DNA from: Patescibacteria group bacterium | Lineage (GTDB): Bacteria > Patescibacteriota > Minisyncoccia > Phycocordibacterales > UBA918 | Direction of reading: 5' to 3' | DNA length: 61,990 bases | Assembly: GCA_019745315.1 (NCBI GenBank) | Contig: JAIETH010000005.1 | Location: 1-61,990 of the forward strand | Shown: in pieces, positions 8,867 through 15,455 of the stretch | Numbering within the stretch: position 1 is the first letter of the stretch | How the letters are laid out: the number at the start of each line of letters is the position of its first letter | The notes under the pieces: generated by a model | What the model was told of the DNA's origin: nothing | Database searches by the model: none | What the model saw: only the letters and a program-made list of their open reading frames with translations | Position numbers and translations under genes: made by a program

Positions 8867-9182
8867 CAAAGGAGCGAAGCGACTATTGTGCGCTGGCGCT
8901 ACTGCGCCAGTAGGAGGAATCGAAGACCTTGCGAGCTAGCTTTTCAAGCTTTTGTGCAGAAAAGTAGCCACAAGGTGTACTGAACATGTAATGTTCGATT
9001 CTCTCTACCCGCACAAATAAGCGAAGCGTTTTAGGTGGGTAAGCAAGACGCGGGGCGTCTTGCGTGGGAGAATCGAACGGCGGAGCGGGACCCGTGCTTG
9101 CACGGGAGCGAGCCGTGTCCCGCGGCACTTATGAGCGAAGCGAATTAGTGACCGTCAGGACGATTCTCTCTACCCGCACAAA
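8867..9182 (+). repeat. tRNA-appended palindromic repeat module with two units (core A and core B)
   Basis: Direct copies of the tRNA 3' end at 8993-9017 and 9161-9182, partial inverted copies at 8886-8924 and 9066-9077, and three GCGAAGC. Confidence 0.85.
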
Positions 9183-9240
9183 AACGTCAAAAAAGACTAG
9201 CGATACCGCTAGTCTTTTTTGATCACACTGCGTCTTTTAC

Positions 9241-9400
9241 ACATACAGTTTCAAAATATCAATAAAAAGCCTATAAAATATAAGCAGATTGTCCACACGG
9301 TAGGGGTACATAGACCTGTGCATAAGACAGGGGATATGTGTATAAAGGACGTCTTTTATATAATTGTTTTTTAACAAATGGCTTAAAATAAGGCTTTTTA
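9241..9400. promoter_or_regulatory. DnaA-box cluster with AT-rich flanks (oriC candidate)
   Basis: TTGTCCACA 9289-9297, TGTGCATAA 9317-9325, TGTGTATAA 9337-9345. AT-rich 9241-9288 and 9351-9400. Confidence 0.45.
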
Positions 9401-9876
9401 AAAAAGACAAGTTTCATGTGAAACAGAGTATATTTCTCAAAAATGTGAAAAAAGAAGCAAAACATTTACGCATTGGAAGAATTGGAGAGCGGGCTGTGGC
9501 CAATCACCTCAAAAGGAAGGGATTTACAGAACTTGAATCAAACTTCCGTACTAAGACAGGAGAAATTGATCTTATCTTCAGAAAAGAAGAAAAAGTTTAC
9601 TTCGTAGAAGTTAAGACTGTCTCTGTTGAGAGTGGGAGAGCTTCTGTTTCATATGAAACAGAGGGTGGGGGGTACAGAGATGTTTCACGTGGAATATATA
9701 GACCGGAGGATAATGTGCATCATGATAAGTTACGAAAGATTCTTAATACCATTCAAGTATGGATATCTTTGAATAAGTATGAGGGTTTGTGGCAGCTTGA
9801 TATTGCTTCTGTATATCTTGACCTTAAGGATAAGCGCGCACAGGTACGTTTCATAGAAAATATCATAGTGGAGTAA
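9364..9876 (+). CDS. yraN: YraN family (UPF0102) PD-(D/E)xK nuclease-like protein; start uncertain
   Basis: GRIGERAVANHL, NFRTKTGEIDLI, YFVEVKT, WQLDIASV. Confidence 0.85.
   Translation: MFFNKWLKIRLFKKDKFHVKQSIFLKNVKKEAKHLRIGRIGERAVANHLKRKGFTELESNFRTKTGEIDLIFRKEEKVYFVEVKTVSVESGRASVSYETEGGGYRDVSRGIYRPEDNVHHDKLRKILNTIQVWISLNKYEGLWQLDIASVYLDLKDKRAQVRFIENIIVE
9410..9696. other. Three parS-like sites within the yraN ORF
   Basis: AGTTTCATGTGAAACA 9410-9425; TGTTTCATATGAAACA 9645-9660 (perfect palindrome); TGTTTCACGTGGAATA 9681-9696. Confidence 0.7.
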
Positions 9877-9969
9877 AGGACATCGAATGTCCTTTAGAGA
9901 ATTTTGTTTTTTGTGCGTTCTAACGCTTGGCTTTCTTTAATGGTGCGTGCTACTATGTTGCAACAAAAG

Positions 9970-10040
9970 CGGGGCGTAGTATACCGGTAGTACGTCTGGT
10001 TTGGGACCAGATAGACCGAGTTCGATTCTCGGCGCCCCGA
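9970..10040 (+). tRNA. tRNA-Pro(UGG)
   Basis: Acceptor CGGGGCG/CGCCCCG plus A73, anticodon arm TCTGG-TTTGGGA-CCAGA, T arm CCGAG-TTCGATT-CTCGG. Confidence 0.95.
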
Positions 10041-10227
10041 ACGTAGTGAGGAAGAAAAAGCGGAGCTTTTGTCCGAGAATCGAAAGCCGGAGCGGTGCCG
10101 ACCAAGGGTCGGCCGCGAGGCAGGGCTGTAAGCACTTAGTATTTTGAGCAAAGCGATAAATACTTAGTGACTTATGGCCGATTCGGCGCCCCGAACGTAG
10201 TGAGGGAAAAGCACGTTCCGAGCTTTT
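10041..10227 (+). repeat. tRNA-appended palindromic repeat module (core B)
   Basis: Inverted T-arm copy CCGAGAATCGAA at 10073-10084. The 23-nt direct repeat TCGGCGCCCCGAACGTAGTGAGG is at 10029-10051 and 10183-10205. Confidence 0.85.
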
Positions 10228-10243
10228 CATTTCACGTGAAACA
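10228..10243. other. parS-like site (intergenic)
   Basis: CATTTCACGTGAAACA, 14/16 match to TGTTTCACGTGAAACA. Confidence 0.65.
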
Positions 10244-10358
10244 CATGTTATATACATTAAGAAGAAGGTTCTGCTTAAGCAGCCTCGTTTCTCCTTCTCT
10301 GCCTGTTTTGGAAAGGAGTCGTCGTTTGGTACGTCTTTATATATAATGGTTCCACCAT

Positions 10359-10907
10359 ATGGCGAAAGAAACGTCACAAGAAGCTGGAGGAACCCAAGAG
10401 GATCGGTTTTTGAAAGCATTTGATGAATACGCAGACGCGCTCTTTCGTCATGCGACGATGCGGCTCTCTGATAGGGAGCGTGCCATAGAGCTTGTACACG
10501 ACACTTTCACAAAGGCGTGGACTTACGCAAACAATGGCAATCTAATTGAGTCGTATCGTCCGTTTCTATATAAAATACTCGGAAATCTAATAATTGATGA
10601 GTATAGACGAAGACGTACAGAATCTCTTGATTCAATCCTTGAAGAAGAGGGAATGGATACTGGGAGGTTTAGAGATCTCCAGGAGGGTTCGCTTGAAGAG
10701 TCTCTTGCTGCTCTTGATGCAAAGCGCATCATAGAAGCCATGGAGAAGCTCCCGGCAATTTACAAGGAGACCCTCGTTCTCCGTTTCGTTGATGGATTGG
10801 GACCAAAAGAGATAGCAACCCTTATTGAAGAGACGGAGAATGTTGTTTCTGTTCGATTGAATAGGGGAATGAGCTTGCTACGAGAGATTGTGACAAAAAA
10901 AGAATAA
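10359..10907 (+). CDS. ECF-type (group 4) sigma-70 factor
   Basis: Region 2 AIELVHDTFTKAW...PFLYKILGNLIIDEYRR; region 4 LPAIYKETLVLRFVDGLGPKEIATLI...VSVRLNRG. Confidence 0.9.
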   Translation: MAKETSQEAGGTQEDRFLKAFDEYADALFRHATMRLSDRERAIELVHDTFTKAWTYANNGNLIESYRPFLYKILGNLIIDEYRRRRTESLDSILEEEGMDTGRFRDLQEGSLEESLAALDAKRIIEAMEKLPAIYKETLVLRFVDGLGPKEIATLIEETENVVSVRLNRGMSLLREIVTKKE

Positions 10908-10910
10908 TTC

Positions 10911-12242
10911 ATGGGAATGTTAGAAAAAAAACTAAAAAGTGAACTCGGGAAAATACACATGCGTGCTTCTGAGCGTATCTTTTTGCGTGAACGGCTTCTT
11001 GCATACATGGAATATCATGATCGTAAAAATTTTCATGCATCATCAGCGATTCAAGATAGGGTAGTGGGATTCTTTGCAGATTTCTATGCTTCGTATTTAA
11101 ATACATCTCAAGCACGCGGTGCCTTTGGCGTTGTTGCACTTCTGGTAGTAGTTAGTATTCCTTTTTCTGCCGAGTCGTCAGTTCCTGGGGATGTTTTGTA
11201 TCCAGTAAAGGTGCGCGTAAATGAAGAAGTGCGCTCAGGATTAACTTTTTCTCCGTATGAAAAAGTTGCGTGGGAGGCAAAACGCGCAGAGCGACGTATT
11301 GGCGAGGCGCGTGTCCTTGCAAAGGAAGGCCGTCTTACCAATGAGGTTGAGGCTGAGTTGACTGAAACCATGAAGGGGCATGTTGCCGATGCTCAAAAAG
11401 AAATGGCGGTTCTACGCGAAAGCGATGCTGATGGAGCAGCTATTGCGCAGGTTGCAATGGAATCTGCTCTTGAGCTGCAGACTGCAGTTCTTGATACTGA
11501 TATTTCTACTCAGGCATCGTCTTCAGTCCCTGGAGAAAGTCATATGGCAACCTTGGCTCTTGCTGTGCGTGATGTTCATGCGTCACTTGTTGTTTCCGAG
11601 CCAGAGGTATCAGTTTCAGCATATGATCGCTTTACTCTCAAGGTTGCAGAATCAATGAAATATGCAAAGGAGCTCGAGTCTTCTCTTCTTCCGACTTTGA
11701 CAGAAGGGGAATCATTCGAAATAAATCGTCGACTTTCTGATATAGAGAATACTGTTTCTGCGGCTCACACATTGCATGCCTCAAGCACTACACAAGGAGG
11801 ATTGCGAGACTTAAAGGCCGCATTCAGTGATATACAAAAACTCATTGCTTTTATGTCAGATATCGAGGTGCGTCGATCTGTTGCAATTGAGAAACTTGTA
11901 CCGAAGCAGCTCACGGATGAAGATAGAAAAGAAATTCTCTGGGCTGCTCATGCAGAGCTTCTGGGCACCGTAGAATTAGTATCATTGCGTCTTGCTTCAT
12001 CAACGGCAGAACAAGGGGTGCGGGATGTTCAGTCCACAACAATAGCGCAGCTGCAAGAACAGCTTGATATAGTAAGTCGCCAACTTGAAGAAGGAGGTTC
12101 TTTAAACGAAGCAGAGTTTGCGCTTAACGCAGCACGAGTACTCTCCCACACACTTCTTGGTTCTGTAGATCAAATTGATGCACCGGTTGATGAGGCTCCT
12201 GTTTCGGAAGAAGCAACGTCGACACCTCCTCAGGCTCTATAA
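10911..12242 (+). CDS. Putative membrane anti-sigma factor with DUF5667-like helical domain
   Basis: Starts 3 nt after the sigma gene. One TM helix followed by AESSVPGDVLYPVKVRVNEEV. Confidence 0.65.
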   Translation: MGMLEKKLKSELGKIHMRASERIFLRERLLAYMEYHDRKNFHASSAIQDRVVGFFADFYASYLNTSQARGAFGVVALLVVVSIPFSAESSVPGDVLYPVKVRVNEEVRSGLTFSPYEKVAWEAKRAERRIGEARVLAKEGRLTNEVEAELTETMKGHVADAQKEMAVLRESDADGAAIAQVAMESALELQTAVLDTDISTQASSSVPGESHMATLALAVRDVHASLVVSEPEVSVSAYDRFTLKVAESMKYAKELESSLLPTLTEGESFEINRRLSDIENTVSAAHTLHASSTTQGGLRDLKAAFSDIQKLIAFMSDIEVRRSVAIEKLVPKQLTDEDRKEILWAAHAELLGTVELVSLRLASSTAEQGVRDVQSTTIAQLQEQLDIVSRQLEEGGSLNEAEFALNAARVLSHTLLGSVDQIDAPVDEAPVSEEATSTPPQAL

Positions 12243-12248
12243 TAAGGA

Positions 12249-13295
12249 TTATTGAGAAAGAATGTGAGCAGCTTTAAATCGAGCTGCTTTTTTCTGTATG
12301 TCGCCTTCAATATTTTCAGAAAGTGTATGGCCGGTTTCTGATAAAAGTATTGTATTTATATAGGAAAGAGTGAGGGCTCGTAAGCTTCCAAGGCCGTCTT
12401 TCTCAGAGTTACCCTTAGTCACTATTATTCCAAGCAGTATGCCTGTATTAGTGGTCACGGGTCCTCCTGATACGCCGTAGTGACCGATGGTGGAAGAGCT
12501 GAGACCAATAACATCAATCTCAGATTCTCCATAAGTAAAAAGTTTCGTAATGCTGACCGTCTCCATATGCTGATTGAGAAGAATATTCGCACTATGCTTC
12601 ATAGCATCTTCTTCCGAGGGATATCCAGCAGCAATTACGCGCATGTCACGCACATCAGTTGGTATTTCTGTGCTAAAGGATATAAAGGGGTATGATGCAG
12701 GCGTGTTGTATCCTGCGCGTGGAGTGATATACAAAAGCGCGTAGTCATATTCTCCGGTGCCTACCAGAGAAGGACGTGCCAGTTCTTTCTTGTTGGCATC
12801 AATCCATTTTTGCGACATATAGAGAATATGTGCTTCGTAAGAATTTCTGCCTGGGTTTCCTGTCCGAACTGCACACGTCGGTTCATGTGTTTCATCAAAT
12901 AGTAGTGATTGAACTACGTGGGCATTCGTAAGGATGACGCCTTTAGGATCGATAACGACGCCACTCCCGCTCGATATATGTACTGCGTCGCCATCTTTGT
13001 GGGTGCATACGATATTAACGAGCGCATCGGCGAGCGCAGGGTCTAGAGTAGGAAGGACTGCATCGCTAAGGGCCGCTGTTTGCGGTATTGATTCAAAAGA
13101 TTCGCTAATTTCTTGAGGGATGTCCGTATACGTTTCCTCCGCGTGGTTATTCTGGGGCACAGAGAAGGTTTTTTGTACCAATACCACGCCATTCCTTACC
13201 TCTTGCACAAGGTATGTTCCCAAATAACCACTCACTGCAAGAAGAATGCTTGCGATGCTCAGTGCAAAATCTAAGAAAAAATGGCTAAAATTCAT
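12249..13295 (-). CDS. Membrane-anchored trypsin-like serine protease
   Basis: GSGVVIDPKGVILTNAHVV (His), YDYALL (Asp), GVSGGPV (Ser), and an N-terminal TM. Confidence 0.8.
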   Translation of the reverse strand: MNFSHFFLDFALSIASILLAVSGYLGTYLVQEVRNGVVLVQKTFSVPQNNHAEETYTDIPQEISESFESIPQTAALSDAVLPTLDPALADALVNIVCTHKDGDAVHISSGSGVVIDPKGVILTNAHVVQSLLFDETHEPTCAVRTGNPGRNSYEAHILYMSQKWIDANKKELARPSLVGTGEYDYALLYITPRAGYNTPASYPFISFSTEIPTDVRDMRVIAAGYPSEEDAMKHSANILLNQHMETVSITKLFTYGESEIDVIGLSSSTIGHYGVSGGPVTTNTGILLGIIVTKGNSEKDGLGSLRALTLSYINTILLSETGHTLSENIEGDIQKKAARFKAAHILSQ

Positions 13296-13466
13296 GCTGG
13301 GAAAAGTATAGCATGATGATAGGATTGGTATTGAAATTCCTTTACAATACCTTTATTTAGTGACTTGATTGTGCATGTGGTTTAGAGTGTGATACACTAC
13401 CGCAGGTATGGAAAATCCATGCTGACTACGCTCTAAGAGGGCGTTTATTAGTCTAAAGAAAACAAC

Positions 13467-13565
13467 ATGGTTAACTTTTTCAATGATGAAGAGGTAGTAG
13501 TTGACGGAGAAGAGACTCCTGAAGATGAGGAGGCTACTGAGGCTACAGAAGAAGACGCTGCATAA
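13467..13565 (+). CDS. 32-aa extremely acidic small protein (not in the ORF track)
   Basis: MVNFFNDEEVVVDGEETPEDEEATEATEEDAA*. Upstream TG-A-TACACT promoter-like element and a terminator at 13567-13602. Confidence 0.6.
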   Translation: MVNFFNDEEVVVDGEETPEDEEATEATEEDAA

Positions 13566-13566
13566 T

Positions 13567-13602
13567 AAAAGCAAAACTCCGCATATGCGGAGTTTTGCTT
13601 TT
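13567..13602 (+). terminator. Terminator after the small acidic ORF
   Basis: AAAAGCAAAACTCCGCAT/ATGCGGAGTTTTGCTTTT perfect inverted repeat. Confidence 0.7.
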
Positions 13603-13666
13603 ATTTTAAGCCAGATATGGTAGAATCGCTGTGTTGCGTTAGATGGTGGGGTAGTAGAAAAATATT

Positions 13667-13737
13667 GCGGGGTTAGTTTACCGGTAAAACATCTGCCTTC
13701 CAAGCAGAGGTAGAGGGTTCAATTCCCTCACCCCGCA
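13667..13737 (+). tRNA. tRNA-Gly(UCC)
   Basis: Acceptor GCGGGGT/ACCCCGC, anticodon arm TCTGC-CTTCCAA-GCAGA, T arm GAGGG-TTCAATT-CCCTC. Confidence 0.96.
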
Positions 13738-13983
13738 CCGAGCGAAGCGAGGAGAAAAAACAGCCTGCAAGGGCTGTTTTTTCCTGCGGGGTGAGGGAAT
13801 TGAAAACCTTGCGAGCTATCTTTTCGAGCTTGCGAAGAAAAGTAGCTGAATAGCACAGGGTTCTATTCAGAGGTGTACTGATCCTGTAAGGATCAATCAC
13901 ACTATCCGCACCAACGAAAAAGAGCCCGTTAGGGCTCTTTTTCCTGCGGGGTGAGGGAATTGAACGGGGACGAGGTCAATTCC
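13738..13983 (+). repeat. tRNA-appended palindromic repeat module (core A)
   Basis: Perfect 20-nt inverted copies of tRNA 13718-13737 at 13785-13804 and 13945-13964. Degenerate direct copy at about 13891-13912. Confidence 0.85.
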
Positions 13984-14063
13984 TTAAAATATAACAACTT
14001 GCTCTCGGCAATTTTACCTGTATTGTTATTGAAGGCGACTCAATGCCTCATCGAGGGAGAGAA

Positions 14064-14480
14064 ATGATGTCCAGCTCTGCGACGGCTGTAACGGAATTTG
14101 AAATCGCCCTTGAGAGGGTGAAGAAGGGCGTAGCGTGGCTTGATGAGAAAGCGAAGACTGACCCGCGGTTTCTGCGGTGGCGACTCATGTTGATGAGTAT
14201 CTATGGGTCGCGTGTCAGTTCTCTGGTGAAGATTGAGTATAATACGCACGACCCTATTTCTCTGATTCTTCGCGAACATCCCGGCTTGGCCTGCTTGAGC
14301 GATGGTCGTGTGAAATGGGCAACGGTGAAGCATGCTTTTTTCAGAAGCAAGCACGATGGGGATCCGGTTGAGCTGGGTTTCGATTCGGATAACGCGGTTT
14401 CTGCTCAGGCACTCAATCATGCCTGGGCGCAAATCTTGTCGGAGTATGATCTGCCGACGGCGATCCGCCACTTCCCCTAG
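14064..14480 (+). CDS. Hypothetical accessory protein, GC-richer than its neighbours
   Basis: Open frame with SD-like GAGGGAG before ATG 14064. RVKKGVAWLDEK and GF...LNHAWAQIL segments. Confidence 0.65.
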   Translation: MMSSSATAVTEFEIALERVKKGVAWLDEKAKTDPRFLRWRLMLMSIYGSRVSSLVKIEYNTHDPISLILREHPGLACLSDGRVKWATVKHAFFRSKHDGDPVELGFDSDNAVSAQALNHAWAQILSEYDLPTAIRHFP

Positions 14481-14589
14481 ACAGATCTTTTGAAGCAATA
14501 CTCTACGTCAAAAACGCAGGGTATTTTTAATTTTTGCATTACACTACAGAATTACATTATTCTATATCTGTACCCATAAACTACTTTTT

Positions 14590-14973
14590 ATGATTGATCA
14601 TGTTGGACTCAGTGTTGAAAAGTATGAAGAAGCAAAAGCATTTTATATAGCAGTGCTAAAGCCTCTCGGATATGAACTAGTTGCAGAATTTCTTTCGCCA
14701 GCTTCTCCTCAGAATATTGCTGGTTTTGGAAAAAATGATAAAGGAGATTTTTGGATTTCTGAAGAAGGAAAAACAACTCCACATACCCATATCGCATTTG
14801 TGGCAGAGAGTAGGGGAGATGTCGATGCATTTTATGAGGCAGCAATACATGCCGGGGGAATTGATAACGGAAAGCCGGGGGTTCGCGCTGAGTACCACCC
14901 ACACTACTATGGAGCTTTTGTTATCGATCCAGAGGGACACAACATTGAAGCAGTGTGTCACAAGGAGGTGTAG
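14590..14973 (+). CDS. VOC/glyoxalase family protein
   Basis: MIDHVGLSV, HIAFVAESR, YYGAFVIDPEGHNIEAVCH. Confidence 0.9.
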   Translation: MIDHVGLSVEKYEEAKAFYIAVLKPLGYELVAEFLSPASPQNIAGFGKNDKGDFWISEEGKTTPHTHIAFVAESRGDVDAFYEAAIHAGGIDNGKPGVRAEYHPHYYGAFVIDPEGHNIEAVCHKEV

Positions 14974-15044
14974 CTTATACGTGGAAGGTTGAAGCAACAA
15001 AAAACACCGGTAGACCGGTGTTTTTTGTTGCTCAGTAATTGAGA

Positions 15045-15317
15045 TTACTTCACAGCGTCCTTAAGCGCCTTAGATGCGCGGAACTTCGGTACTCGCATCG
15101 CAGGAACTTCAATAGATTCACCTGTGCGTGGGTTGCGACCCTGACGCGCTGGACGCATCTTTGCAGAGAAAATTCCAAGCCCTGCAACAGATACCTCGTC
15201 TCCAGACTTCAATGCAACAACAATGCTGTCGATCATGCACTCAACAGCGCGTTCTGCGTCTGCTTTTGTGCCACTCAAAACCTCGTGTACTTTTGTGATG
15301 ATGTCTGCCTTGTTCAT
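15045..15317 (-). CDS. hup: DNA-binding protein HU
   Basis: MNKADII, GLGIF, RQGRNPRTGESIEVPA, PKFRASKALKDAV. Confidence 0.95.
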   Translation of the reverse strand: MNKADIITKVHEVLSGTKADAERAVECMIDSIVVALKSGDEVSVAGLGIFSAKMRPARQGRNPRTGESIEVPAMRVPKFRASKALKDAVK

Positions 15318-15455
15318 AAAGTGGTGAGAGCTAAATAATAATCGCGTGCCCTCCGCGCAATATGGCGCTAGAGATATGGCTAAAAGTATTATATAGGAGC
15401 TAGTCCGGAGCGCAATGGTTCAGAAGACCTATTGACAGAGGTGCTTTTATATTTT

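Noticed and set aside
8846-9182. CRISPR array
   Set aside because: The repeats are copies of the tRNA 3' end in mixed orientation, with 2-3 copies and spacers over 100 nt that are structured; no cas genes.
8883-10419. ORFs at 8883-9128, 9894-10151, 9937-10419 and 13673-13900 on the minus strand
   Set aside because: They are antisense to tRNAs and their repeat modules; the shared peptides (LEKLARKVF / LEKIARKVF) simply reflect the repeated DNA core.
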